A stretch of DNA of 64,000 nucleotides from Candidatus Sulfobium sp. (GTDB lineage: Bacteria; Nitrospirota; Thermodesulfovibrionia; Thermodesulfovibrionales; UBA6898): assembly GCA_037380845.1 (NCBI GenBank), contig JARRRI010000006.1, positions 12,782 through 76,781 on the forward strand. Direction: 5' to 3'. Within the stretch, counting starts at the first letter, position 1, and every line of letters begins with the position of its first letter. Shown here one piece after another: positions 37,868 through 47,852 of the stretch. The notes beneath the pieces were generated by a model, which saw only the letters and a list, made by a program, of their open reading frames with translations, did no database searches and was not told the origin of the DNA. Both the position numbers and the translations under genes were made by a program.

Positions 37868-40066
37868 ATGTCAAAGTTAATAGCCTCGGCGGCTATACGT
37901 GGTTCCCACAGTCTTGTAAAACGGGCAGAGGAGATGCTGGAGAAGGCGATTGCCGCGCATGGCGAGAATTATGCCTTTGAGTTTCCTGATACTGCATTCT
38001 ATCTCCCGATGATTTATGCGATCACCGGCTTCCCTGTCAAAACCATCGGGGACATGAAAACTGCGCTTGAGAGCGCCAAGGTTTACGCCCATCCGGAGCC
38101 GGATGCCGAACTCTGGAAGCCCTATCTGGGCGAGGCGCTTGATTCGGGTATGCTCACACTCTTTGCCGAAGAGATCATATTGGCCCTGAGATACATCGAA
38201 GGCCTGGAACCCTGCAAGGACCCGGACACCGGTTATGAATATAACGGTTTTATCACTGACACCATTCAGCGGAACCTGGGTATCCAGCTTGTTGACGGTA
38301 CGATGCCCGGGTTTGCAGCGATCATCGGTGCGGCCCCGGACGAGGAAACGGCGGTGAAAATCGTCAGGGAATTACAGGAAAAGAATATCCTTACTTTTCT
38401 CTCGGGGCACAGCAACGGAAACAGCGTCACCAAACAGCTCCTGAACAAGGGTGTCGAACTGGGATGGGAAACGAGGATTGTGCCCCTCGGTCCCGACACC
38501 GAGCACACGCTCTACGCCCTCGACTGGGCCATCAGGGCCTCCCTGATATTCGGAAGCAAGAAGCCCGGGGATTACAGGGAACACCTTAAGTACCAGAAAG
38601 ACAGGGTCTTCGCTTTCGCCCTTGCCCTCGGCGGACTGGACGAGATCAAATGGTCGACCGGCGCAGGCGCAATCAACATGGGTTTCCCGGCGGTGTGCGA
38701 TACTGACGTGCCCGTAATCCACCCGACCGGCGTCTGTACATATGAGGAAGTCGACAAGGAGTTCGATCACGACAAGATCGTCCAGAAGGCGATAGAGGTG
38801 AGGGGACTGAAGATCGTGGTCGAAAGACCTCCCATACCCGTTGCCTACGGACCGGCTTTCGAGGGGGAGCGGATCAGAAAAGAGGACATGTTTATCGAGT
38901 TCGGCGGGCAGAGGACGCCGGCCTTTGAATGGGTGAGGACGAAGGAACTTGAAGAGATAGAAGACAACAAGGTCGTGATCGTCGGCGAGAACTGGCAGGA
39001 GAGGTTCGAGCAGGGCGGCAAGATGCCCCTGGGCATAGTAATCGATGTTGCCGGAAGAAAGATGCAGAAGGATTTCGAGTCGGTCATCGAGAGGAAGATC
39101 CATCACAACCTTAACGAGGCCCAGGGGTTGTGGCACATGGGCCAGCGCGACATAAACTGGGTGAGGATAAGCAATAATGCCAGGAAAGACGGTCTGAACC
39201 TGGAGCATATCGGCGTTATACAGGCGACGATGACGCACGCCAGGTTCAAATCGATCGTCGACAAGGTCCAGGTCACCCTTTATGTTGATGAGAAGGACGT
39301 GCTCGCCATACAGGAAGAGGCGAGGGCGGCGTACCATGAGCGCGACCAGAGGGTGGGAAGCATGACCGACGAGGCTGTGGATACATTTTACTCCTGTCTT
39401 CTCTGCCAGTCCTTTGCGCCGAGCCACACCTGTGTGATCACGCCCGAAAGACTTGGTCTCTGCGGCGCTTACAACTGGCTTGACGGGAAGGCCGCATACG
39501 AGATCGATCCCACCGGCGGCAACCAGCCGATCGCTAAAGGAGACGTGCTCGACCCGGTGAAGGGCAGGTGGAGCGGGGTGGACGAATACCTCAAGCAGGC
39601 TTCCGGCGGCGCCATCGAAACGCTCAACGCATATACCATCATGGACAACCCGATGACCTCGTGCGGTTGCTTCGAATGCATCATCGCCATCGTACCTGAG
39701 GCAAACGGGGTGATGATCGTTCAGCGGGGTCATACCGGAATGACCCCGGCGGGAATGAAGTTCTCGACCCTCGCCGGCAGCGTCGGCGGCGGCATGCAGA
39801 CGCCGGGTTTCATGGGTATCGGCAGGAACTTCATCACCAGTAAGAAGTTCCTTTACGCCGACGGCGGTCTCAAGAGGATCGTCTGGATGACAAAGAACCT
39901 GAAGGAAAGCCTGAAAGACGCCTTTAACGAGAGGGCAGCCGAGGAAGGCGTGCCCGATCTTCTGGACAAGATTGCCGACGAAACCGTCGCGGAAGACTCG
40001 GAGAAACTGCTTGAGTTTCTGACGAGCGTCGGGCATCCGGCTCTCGAGATGGACCCGATGTTCTGA
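37868..40066 (+). CDS. acsB: Acetyl-CoA synthase (bacterial type)
   Basis: PDTAFYLP, CLLCQSFAP.H.C...PERLGLCGA and PMTSCGCFE A-cluster motifs. Confidence 0.97.
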   Translation: MSKLIASAAIRGSHSLVKRAEEMLEKAIAAHGENYAFEFPDTAFYLPMIYAITGFPVKTIGDMKTALESAKVYAHPEPDAELWKPYLGEALDSGMLTLFAEEIILALRYIEGLEPCKDPDTGYEYNGFITDTIQRNLGIQLVDGTMPGFAAIIGAAPDEETAVKIVRELQEKNILTFLSGHSNGNSVTKQLLNKGVELGWETRIVPLGPDTEHTLYALDWAIRASLIFGSKKPGDYREHLKYQKDRVFAFALALGGLDEIKWSTGAGAINMGFPAVCDTDVPVIHPTGVCTYEEVDKEFDHDKIVQKAIEVRGLKIVVERPPIPVAYGPAFEGERIRKEDMFIEFGGQRTPAFEWVRTKELEEIEDNKVVIVGENWQERFEQGGKMPLGIVIDVAGRKMQKDFESVIERKIHHNLNEAQGLWHMGQRDINWVRISNNARKDGLNLEHIGVIQATMTHARFKSIVDKVQVTLYVDEKDVLAIQEEARAAYHERDQRVGSMTDEAVDTFYSCLLCQSFAPSHTCVITPERLGLCGAYNWLDGKAAYEIDPTGGNQPIAKGDVLDPVKGRWSGVDEYLKQASGGAIETLNAYTIMDNPMTSCGCFECIIAIVPEANGVMIVQRGHTGMTPAGMKFSTLAGSVGGGMQTPGFMGIGRNFITSKKFLYADGGLKRIVWMTKNLKESLKDAFNERAAEEGVPDLLDKIADETVAEDSEKLLEFLTSVGHPALEMDPMF

Positions 40067-40184
40067 TTATTGATTAAGGATGACCGGAAATACCCGCATA
40101 CAGAAATTGAAGAAAAGGGAGAGCAGAGGCCGAAACGGTTCCTTAACCTTGACCTCTGCCTTGACCTGTCAGTAAGGAGGATAT

Positions 40185-42170
40185 ATGTCAGAGAACATAA
40201 AGAGCGCTAACAAGGCGGCGGAAGAGATCATCGAATGGGGCGAATCTCATAAAATCGAGACCTGTTTCGACAGGGCTCAGAGGCTTAAGCCGTGTCCGAT
40301 CGGTGCGACGGGTGCATGCTGCAAGGTATGTCACATGGGCCCCTGCCGGCTGGTGGGGAAGAACGCTGAAGAAGATGCGAGGGGTGTTTGCGGCGCCACG
40401 CTGCCTACGGTGGCTTCCAGAAACCTTTTGAGAATGATCGCTGCCGGGACGGCCGCCCACTCGGACCATGCCAGGGGAATGGCATTCACGCTCCTTTCGG
40501 TCGCCAACGGTGAGGCAAAGGACTTCAAGATAACAGACGTGAGAAAGCTTTACCGCGTCGCCGGCTACCTCAATGTCGAATTTGAGGGGAGGCCAGTAAA
40601 CGACGTCGCGAGAGATGTTGCGACCAAGCTGATAGACGATTTCGGCAGGCAGAACGGGGAGATAAACTACCTGTCCCGCGCACCGAAGAAGACGCAGGAG
40701 AGATGGAAAAAGTGGGGTATAGTGCCCCGCGGCGTCGACAGGGAAGTGTGCGAGGCGATGCACCGGACGAACATAGGAGTGGACCATGACCCGGACCATC
40801 TCCTCCTTCATGGGCTGAGGACGTCCCTTGCCGACGGGTGGGCCGGCAGCATGATTTCTACGGACGTCACGGACATCCTTTTCGGGACGCCGATGCCCCA
40901 GAAGTCCGAGGCGAGCTTCGGGATATTCAAGGAGGACGAGGTCAACCTCATCGTCCACGGGCATGAGCCTCTCCTTGCGGAGATCATGGTGGACGTTACG
41001 CAGGACCCGGAGATGGTGGCTTACGCCAAGTCGAAGGGCGCGAAGGGCATCAACCTTGGCGGTATGTGCTGTACGGCGAACGAGGTGCTGATGAGGCACG
41101 GCATCCCGACTGCGGGCGGCTTTACAAACCAGGAACTCGGGATCATGACGGGCCTGGTAGACGCCATCACGGTCGATGTCCAGTGCATAATGCCGGCCAT
41201 AGCCGAGCTTTCAAAAAAATTCCATACAAAGGTCATTACGACTTCTGAAAAGGCGATGATACCGGGCGCTGTCCATATTGAATTCGACGAACACAGGGCC
41301 GTCGATGTTGCCAGGGAAATTGTGAAACTCGCGATCGACAACTACGGCAACAGAAAGGCGGAAGGCAGTCATATTACGGATAAATTCCCGGTAATCGCGG
41401 GCTTCTCCCAGGAGTACATAGAGTACATGCAGGGCGGTACGTGGAGGGCGTCATTCAGGCCTCTCAACGATGCGATAATGGCAGGGAGAATCCGGGGAGT
41501 GGTCGGACTGGCGGGCTGCGACAACCCCAGGGTACCGTCGACGGGCCTCCACCGGTTTCTCGCCACGGAGCTGATAAAGAACGACGTACTTATCGTATCG
41601 ACGGGATGCGGGTCGGCGGCTTGTGGAACGGCCGGCTACCTTACCCCGGAGATGGCCCTGGAAAACGCGGGCCCCGGATTAAGAGAGGTATGTGAGGCGA
41701 TAGGGATACCGCCCATCCTCCACCTGGGAGCATGCGTCGATAACTCGAGGATTCTTACCATTGCCAGTGCAATGGCTGCCGAAGGCGGCCTCTCGGACGA
41801 GATAGGGGGCATGCCTGCGGTTGGTATCGCCCCGGAGTGGATGAGCGAAAAGGCGATTGCGATCGGCTGCTATTTTGCGGCCTCCGGCGTGCCGGTGATA
41901 TTCGGCGGTGAATCTCCCGTGGAGGCGAGTGAAGAGGTGACGAGAATCATGACTGAGGTCTGGTTCGAGAGGTTCATGGGGGCTCTCCACTTTGAGCCGG
42001 ACCCGGAAAAGATCCTGAGCATGACCCTCGACTACATTGACCAGGCGAGGGAAAGGCTGAAACTCAGAAAGTACGAACCCGGCAAGTTCGGCGCCGAGAG
42101 GGTGCTTATGGACATGGCGGCGCGCCGTGAGATCGAGAGGGCTGCAAAGCCTCATCTGGGAATATTTTAA
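40185..42170 (+). CDS. cooS: Anaerobic Ni-CO dehydrogenase catalytic subunit
   Basis: CPIGATGACCKVCHMGPC, HSDH, HGHEP, CCTANE, DVQC, GCDN, TGCG, GACVDN and SEKA. Confidence 0.96.
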   Translation: MSENIKSANKAAEEIIEWGESHKIETCFDRAQRLKPCPIGATGACCKVCHMGPCRLVGKNAEEDARGVCGATLPTVASRNLLRMIAAGTAAHSDHARGMAFTLLSVANGEAKDFKITDVRKLYRVAGYLNVEFEGRPVNDVARDVATKLIDDFGRQNGEINYLSRAPKKTQERWKKWGIVPRGVDREVCEAMHRTNIGVDHDPDHLLLHGLRTSLADGWAGSMISTDVTDILFGTPMPQKSEASFGIFKEDEVNLIVHGHEPLLAEIMVDVTQDPEMVAYAKSKGAKGINLGGMCCTANEVLMRHGIPTAGGFTNQELGIMTGLVDAITVDVQCIMPAIAELSKKFHTKVITTSEKAMIPGAVHIEFDEHRAVDVAREIVKLAIDNYGNRKAEGSHITDKFPVIAGFSQEYIEYMQGGTWRASFRPLNDAIMAGRIRGVVGLAGCDNPRVPSTGLHRFLATELIKNDVLIVSTGCGSAACGTAGYLTPEMALENAGPGLREVCEAIGIPPILHLGACVDNSRILTIASAMAAEGGLSDEIGGMPAVGIAPEWMSEKAIAIGCYFAASGVPVIFGGESPVEASEEVTRIMTEVWFERFMGALHFEPDPEKILSMTLDYIDQARERLKLRKYEPGKFGAERVLMDMAARREIERAAKPHLGIF

Positions 42171-42227
42171 AAAAGGATCTGAAATGGTTGGTAAGACATA
42201 TATGCCCTGTATGTTTTTGGAGGTTAG

Positions 42228-42713
42228 ATGAAAGTTGAAGAAATAAATGTTGATGAGAGGATAGGAAGTGTCGGGGAGGTCCTGACAGAGGAGCAGAAGA
42301 AAAGGGGCGTGCTGATCCACGCCCTGCAGAAAATTCAGAAGGAGCATAATTATCTGCCGGAGGAGGTATTGAAGGACCTTGCAAAGAAGCTCAACTTGCC
42401 TCTCTCGGAGGTTTACAGCACGGCGTCCTTCTATAAACACTTCTACTTCAAGCCCAGAGGCAGGAATGTGGTATGTGTATGTCTCGGAACCGCGTGCCAC
42501 GTCAGGGGAGCGGGCAAGGTCCTCGAAAAGATCGAAGAGAGTTTCGGGATAAGTGAGGGCGAGACGACGGAGGACATGTCGTTGACCCTGGAGACCGTGG
42601 GCTGCGTCGGATGCTGCGGCCTGGCGCCGGTCGTCACCGTGAATGATGAGGTTGAAGGCGACCTCAACCCGAAAAGGGTCACCGATTTAATAGAAACGAT
42701 CAAGGGGAAATAG
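42228..42713 (+). CDS. NuoE/HydC-like [2Fe-2S] subunit
   Basis: CLGTACH and VGCVGCCGLAP. Confidence 0.92.
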   Translation: MKVEEINVDERIGSVGEVLTEEQKKRGVLIHALQKIQKEHNYLPEEVLKDLAKKLNLPLSEVYSTASFYKHFYFKPRGRNVVCVCLGTACHVRGAGKVLEKIEESFGISEGETTEDMSLTLETVGCVGCCGLAPVVTVNDEVEGDLNPKRVTDLIETIKGK

Positions 42714-42716
42714 AAG

Positions 42717-45056
42717 ATGGGCAAATTAAATTCGATACACGACCTGAAGAAACTCAGGGCCCTTCTTGAGGAGGAGACCTTCGCCCCTGATATACCCAGG
42801 ATCAGGATGTGCAGCGGAACGGCCTGCACTGCGACGGGGACTCCCAAAGTGCTTACGGCGCTGGAAGAGGAGGCGGGCCGGAGAGGGATCAAACTTGACG
42901 TAGTGAAGACAGGCTGTCAGGGACTCTGCCAGAAGGGCCCCGTAATGCGGGTGGAACCGCAGGGTATATTCTACCAGAAGGTAAAGCCCGAACACGCCAA
43001 ATGGATAATGACCTACACGGTTGCGGGGGGCGTGCCTTACCGCCAGAGCCTTTACCGGGAAGATATCATGAGCGAGCCCGTGCCGGAGATGGCCAATGTG
43101 CCTTTTTACAGAAAGCAGCTCAGGATAGCCCTCAGGAACAACGGTGTGATTGACCCGCGCAATATCTATCACTATATCGCGGTGGGAGGATATAAGGCCC
43201 TCGAAAAGGCCCTCTCCTCCATGGCCCCCGAGGATGTCATGAATGAAGTCGACAATGCAATGCTACGGGGCCGCGGCGGCGCGGGATTCCCGGCGGGCAA
43301 GAAGTGGAGACACACGAAGGGTGCGCCCGGCTCGATCAAGTTTGTCATAGCAAACGGCGACGAGGGTGACCCCGGCGCCTTCATGGACAGGTCGGTTATG
43401 GAGGGCGACCCTCACAGTCTCTTCGAGGGGATGATCCTCTGCGCTTATGCGATAGGTGCCCGCTACGGTATGGTCTATGTAAGGCACGAATACCCGCTGG
43501 CGGTCAAGAACCTCGGCATAGCGATAAAACAGGCGGAAGAGATCGGGCTGCTCGGGAAGAACATCCTCGGCAGCGGTCTCGATTTCACGATAGACATAAG
43601 GGAGGGAGCGGGGGCCTTCGTCTGCGGTGAATCGACCGCCCTGGTTGCATCTATAGAAGGGGAGAGGGGCTTCCCGAGGCCGAGACCGCCGAGACTGTCT
43701 GAGCCCGGCGGAGGGGCCTGGGGTTATCCCAGCAACCTCAACAACATCGAGACTTACGCCTGTGTTCCGCCGATCGTCGAAAAAGGGGCTGGCTGGTTCA
43801 GGAGCATCGGCACCGAGAGTTCTCCGGGGACGAAGGTCTTCGCTCTTACCGGAAAGGTGAAGAATACCGGGCTGGTGGAGGTACCGATGGGTATGACCAT
43901 CAGGGAGATAATCTACGATATCGGTGGCGGCATCCTCGGGAACAAGGAATTCAAGGCTGTGCAGACCGGAGGGCCGTCGGGCGGTTGCCTGCCGGCAAGC
44001 TTTCTCGACCTGCCGGTGGATTTTGACTCTCTCACGAAGGCGGGCTCCATGATGGGCTCGGGTGGAATGGTCGTTCTGGATGAGGACACATGCATGGTGG
44101 ACGTGGCAAAATACTTCCTCTCCTTTACGCAATCGGAGTCCTGCGGCAAGTGCCCGCCGTGCAGGATCGGCACTTACCAGATGCTCCAGATATTAGAGAA
44201 GATAACCTCCGGTCAGGGTGAACAGGGCGACATCGAACGCCTCATAGAACTTGGGAAATCCATTCAGCATGGATCACTCTGCGGTCTCGGACAGAGCGCG
44301 CCGAACCCGGTTTTGAGCACCATAAAGTATTTCAGACAGGAATACGAGGAGCACATCCATGACAACTATTGCAGGGCTAAGGTATGCAGCAACATGGGCG
44401 TCTTCGTCATCAACCAGGCGGAGTGCATAAGGTGCGGTCTCTGCGAACAGGCCTGTGCTTTTGACGCTGTCACCGAGACAAGAGAGATGTACCAGATCGA
44501 CCGCGCATACTGCACAAGGTGCAAGGCTTGTTACCTTGCATGCCCTGTAGGTGCGGTCAAGATCAGGAAGCACAGCGTGGTGAAGCTGGAAGAACAGTTC
44601 AGGATACCTTCTGAGAAAATAGAAGTCCTTGAAAGGAGGGCTAGAATGACACTCAAAGACCTCATGCAGTCGAAGCCAACCAAGATGGTCACCTGCGGTA
44701 AGGATTCGAAGGTGGCGGAGGCCATCAGCATCATGGACAGCAACAATATAGGGTCTGTTCTGGTAGTCGACGAGGAGAAGAAGATCGTGGGCATATTTAC
44801 CGAAAGGGACATCATGCACTGTTTTGCCAAAAAGATCGCGGTTAACGAAACTGCCCTGGGCGACGTGATGACGCAAAAGCCCGTGACCCTGGACGGTTCC
44901 ATAGATATAAGTGTTGCGGTCAAGGTGATGTCGGAGAAGAAGATCAGGCATCTGCCGGTGACCGAGGACGAAAAGGTCATCGGCATGATCTCTTACAGGG
45001 ACCTTGTCTCCTACCTGCTGCCGGAGGTTATTTACATGGCAGAGGACATTTATTAA
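42717..45056 (+). CDS. NuoF/HydB-like FMN/NAD(H) subunit with 2x[4Fe-4S] domain and C-terminal CBS pair
   Basis: N-terminal 2Fe-2S, GRGGAGFP, DEGDPGAFMDR, GGPSGG, CGKCPPCR, two CxxCxxCxxxC motifs, then CBS motifs (GIFTERD, IRHLPV, GMISYRD). Confidence 0.92.
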   Translation: MGKLNSIHDLKKLRALLEEETFAPDIPRIRMCSGTACTATGTPKVLTALEEEAGRRGIKLDVVKTGCQGLCQKGPVMRVEPQGIFYQKVKPEHAKWIMTYTVAGGVPYRQSLYREDIMSEPVPEMANVPFYRKQLRIALRNNGVIDPRNIYHYIAVGGYKALEKALSSMAPEDVMNEVDNAMLRGRGGAGFPAGKKWRHTKGAPGSIKFVIANGDEGDPGAFMDRSVMEGDPHSLFEGMILCAYAIGARYGMVYVRHEYPLAVKNLGIAIKQAEEIGLLGKNILGSGLDFTIDIREGAGAFVCGESTALVASIEGERGFPRPRPPRLSEPGGGAWGYPSNLNNIETYACVPPIVEKGAGWFRSIGTESSPGTKVFALTGKVKNTGLVEVPMGMTIREIIYDIGGGILGNKEFKAVQTGGPSGGCLPASFLDLPVDFDSLTKAGSMMGSGGMVVLDEDTCMVDVAKYFLSFTQSESCGKCPPCRIGTYQMLQILEKITSGQGEQGDIERLIELGKSIQHGSLCGLGQSAPNPVLSTIKYFRQEYEEHIHDNYCRAKVCSNMGVFVINQAECIRCGLCEQACAFDAVTETREMYQIDRAYCTRCKACYLACPVGAVKIRKHSVVKLEEQFRIPSEKIEVLERRARMTLKDLMQSKPTKMVTCGKDSKVAEAISIMDSNNIGSVLVVDEEKKIVGIFTERDIMHCFAKKIAVNETALGDVMTQKPVTLDGSIDISVAVKVMSEKKIRHLPVTEDEKVIGMISYRDLVSYLLPEVIYMAEDIY

Positions 45057-45067
45057 GGGGAAGTATC

Positions 45068-45658
45068 ATGACAGAGCAGAAAGAACCTAAAGTAGAAGAG
45101 ATAAAGAAGGCGGCGGAGGAGGAGAAGAAATGTCCGGTCCAGAGGTCTCTGTTTTACATAGAGGGCTTCCTTGACGGGCCGATGTGCGGCAGATGCTTCC
45201 CGTGTGCCTTCGGCAGTTACGAGGCGCGGGTCAGGCTGAAGAGAATCATCCAGGGACGGGGCGGTGAGGACGACATCAGGACGCTGCGGCGCATATCGGA
45301 GGAGATGCTGACCAGTTCCCGGTGCAAGAAGGGCAAAGACACGGCGGCATTCCTGACGGAGTGGCTAAACACTGACGTCTTCAGGAGACATGCGGAAGGA
45401 AGCTGCCCCGACATGGAGTGTAAATCCCTGATCGAATACCGGATCATTCCTGAGAAGTGCACCATGTGCGGCCTCTGCCTGGAGGCATGCAAATACGCCG
45501 CAATTCACGGAGAGAAGAGGAGACCGTTTGCTTCGGGGTATTCTCCCTTCGAGATCCGCCAGAAGAGGTGTGTAAAGTGTGGAGACTGTCTGCCTGTGTG
45601 CCCCTATGGCGCAATAGTGATTGTAGAAAAAGAGGTGCCGGCCCCGGTCGGCGGATAA
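45068..45658 (+). CDS. NuoF Fe-S-binding domain plus 2x[4Fe-4S] ferredoxin protein
   Basis: CGRCFPC...SRCKKG, HAEGSCPDMEC, CTMCGLCLEAC and CVKCGDCLPVCP. Confidence 0.85.
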   Translation: MTEQKEPKVEEIKKAAEEEKKCPVQRSLFYIEGFLDGPMCGRCFPCAFGSYEARVRLKRIIQGRGGEDDIRTLRRISEEMLTSSRCKKGKDTAAFLTEWLNTDVFRRHAEGSCPDMECKSLIEYRIIPEKCTMCGLCLEACKYAAIHGEKRRPFASGYSPFEIRQKRCVKCGDCLPVCPYGAIVIVEKEVPAPVGG

Positions 45659-45698
45659 ATGGCGGGTGTCTGAGCCTGTAATTTTATAGGAGGATTGG

Positions 45699-47720
45699 AT
45701 GGGAAAGACGGTAAATCTTAAAATAGACGGAAAGGACGTTCAGGTTGCGGAGGGCCTCAACCTCATCGAGGCAGCGGCCGAGGCCGGGGTTCACATCCCG
45801 AACCTCTGCTATCTGAAGGGCATGAAGGGCATCGGAGCCTGCAGGCTCTGCTTGGTGGAGATCGAAGGCATGAAGTCGCCCATGATCGCCTGCACCACAA
45901 AGGCCAAGGACGGCATGGTGGTCAATACGAAGACCGAGAAGGTCCAGGAGGTCAGGAAGTTCGTGGTAGATCTTATCCTGTCCATGCACCCCCTTGACTG
46001 TATGACCTGCACCAAGGCGGGTGTCTGCAACTTGCAGCAATATGCCTACGATTTCGAGATAAAGGAATCGAGTTTTTCGAGGAAGAAGTTCGGCTATCCG
46101 ATAGACGAAGCCAATCCTTTCATAAAGAGAGATCCCGATTACTGCGTTCTCTGCGGAAGGTGCATACGTGTATGCCAGGCCCAGGACACCAACGTTCTGG
46201 AGTTCTCCGGCAGGGGTGTGGGCGCCAGGGTCGTCACTGCGGAGGACAAGCCACTGCAGGAGTCTGATTGCACCTTCTGCGGAAGCTGTGTGGACGCGTG
46301 CCCGGTAAACGCCCTCCTTGAAGCCGACCGGTGGAGAAAGGGGCGTGAATGGGAATATGAAAAAACGGACTCCGTCTGTCTTTCGTGTGGTAACGGATGC
46401 AGCATTACGGTGAGCACAAAAGACGGAGAGGTAATAAAGATAAACTCGGGTGCTCCGGAAGGAACCGCCGAGCGGTTCATCTGTGCCAGGGGAAGGTTTG
46501 GATTCGACAGCCTCACCAGCGACCAGCGCGTGGGAACTCCGATGAAAAGGGTCGACGGTGATCTTCAGGAGACGACATGGGATGATGCCATTGAAACGGT
46601 TGCGGGGAAACTGAAGGCGGCCGGCCAGGATGCCTCGATCGTCAGCAGCGCAAACATTCTGAATGAAGACGCACTATTACTGAAGAAACTGGCTTCCGAT
46701 GTGGTGAAAACAAGGAACGTCGACTCTTCCGTAACTCTGTATTCTGACTATGATTCACTGAAGAACGGCACGGCGGACCTGCAGAATGCCGACCTGTTCA
46801 TCCTGGCAGGAACGGCACCCGACCAGTGGACAAGAGTCCTGCCGGCCCTCGACGCGGTTATCAGAAGGAAGATGAACAATGACGGCGCAAAGCTGATCGT
46901 TATCAATTCGGGTGATACCAAGATCGCGTCAAAGGCAACCGCCAACCTTAAGGGCGACGAGGTGAAAAAGCTTGAGGAGCTTGCCCAGGCCATGATCTCT
47001 AAAGGCGTAAAGGCCCCGAAAGAGATGGTGGAAGCCCTCGCATCCGTCGACCCCTCTGACGAGGCCATGAACGCCGCGGACATCCTTGTGGCCGCGAAAT
47101 CACCCGTTATCCTTGCCGCCCCCGCTCTTTACAGGGCTGCCGCCAACCTCTCGCTCATAAAGTCCGAGGCTGTGTCGGTGCCTCTTGAGGCAAACTCCAA
47201 AGGCGTGGCGCTCATGGGCCTGACGACGGAAGGGAAGAAATTCAGGGAGATAATTTCCTCTCATTCAAAAGCACTCTATGTGGTCGGAGAAGTGCCGGTG
47301 AGCGAGAGGCCGGATACTGATTTCCTCGTAGTACAGGCTTCCCACATGACAGGCCTGGCGAAGGAGGCCGATGTGGTCCTGCCGTCGGCAGCTGCACTCG
47401 AATCGGGGGGGACGATAGTGGATTATCTCGGAAGGTTGAAAGAGGTCAAAAAGGCGGTGGAGCCTGCCGGTGATGCGCTTCCGCATTCAGTGATATTCAC
47501 GGCAGTTGCGAAGGCTATGGGCGCCTCTCTGAAGACTCCGAAGGACACAGAAGTCAAAAAGGCCCTGAAAGGAAAAGTGAAGGCCTCCTTCAGTCCTTTC
47601 CGGAAAGATAAGGACCTCGACGTTGATGTGGAGAAGTTTAACGAGGATATAAATATGTCGACCATAAACGGTTCGAGGCTTCTCTGGCTGAAGGAGCTTG
47701 AGAAGGGAGTGGCTGCGTAG
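45699..47720 (+). CDS. NuoG/FdhA-like Fe-S subunit with degenerate molybdopterin domain
   Basis: 2Fe-2S GACRLC, HPLDCMTC, two 4Fe-4S and CLSCGNGC. NVDSSVTLY replaces the Cys/Sec-His active-site segment of Fdh. Confidence 0.85.
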   Translation: MGKTVNLKIDGKDVQVAEGLNLIEAAAEAGVHIPNLCYLKGMKGIGACRLCLVEIEGMKSPMIACTTKAKDGMVVNTKTEKVQEVRKFVVDLILSMHPLDCMTCTKAGVCNLQQYAYDFEIKESSFSRKKFGYPIDEANPFIKRDPDYCVLCGRCIRVCQAQDTNVLEFSGRGVGARVVTAEDKPLQESDCTFCGSCVDACPVNALLEADRWRKGREWEYEKTDSVCLSCGNGCSITVSTKDGEVIKINSGAPEGTAERFICARGRFGFDSLTSDQRVGTPMKRVDGDLQETTWDDAIETVAGKLKAAGQDASIVSSANILNEDALLLKKLASDVVKTRNVDSSVTLYSDYDSLKNGTADLQNADLFILAGTAPDQWTRVLPALDAVIRRKMNNDGAKLIVINSGDTKIASKATANLKGDEVKKLEELAQAMISKGVKAPKEMVEALASVDPSDEAMNAADILVAAKSPVILAAPALYRAAANLSLIKSEAVSVPLEANSKGVALMGLTTEGKKFREIISSHSKALYVVGEVPVSERPDTDFLVVQASHMTGLAKEADVVLPSAAALESGGTIVDYLGRLKEVKKAVEPAGDALPHSVIFTAVAKAMGASLKTPKDTEVKKALKGKVKASFSPFRKDKDLDVDVEKFNEDINMSTINGSRLLWLKELEKGVAA

Positions 47721-47747
47721 GATTACGGCGACTCTTCCGGAAAGACG

Positions 47748-47778
47748 AAGGGCGGACCTGCCGGGGCCGCCCTTTTTT
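47748..47778 (+). terminator. Rho-independent terminator ending the acs-coo-nuoEFG-like cluster
   Basis: AAGGGCGG...CCGCCCTTTTTT. Confidence 0.75.
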
Positions 47779-47852
47779 ATTAACGTTTCAATGCGCCGTC
47801 CCGGAGCTTTCGGCATCGCGGCGTCTCATGCTTCCTCCCTGGACGGCGAAGG

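Noticed and set aside
38372..40036. Long antisense ORFs (554 aa opposite acsB, and similar ones opposite cooS, the hydrogenase and the lpd-like gene)
   Set aside because: These are shadow ORFs expected from codon bias, with no recognisable motifs.
45699..47720. Formate dehydrogenase or [FeFe]-hydrogenase catalytic subunit
   Set aside because: There is no Cys/Sec-His Mo/W ligand segment, no in-frame TGA and no H-cluster motifs.
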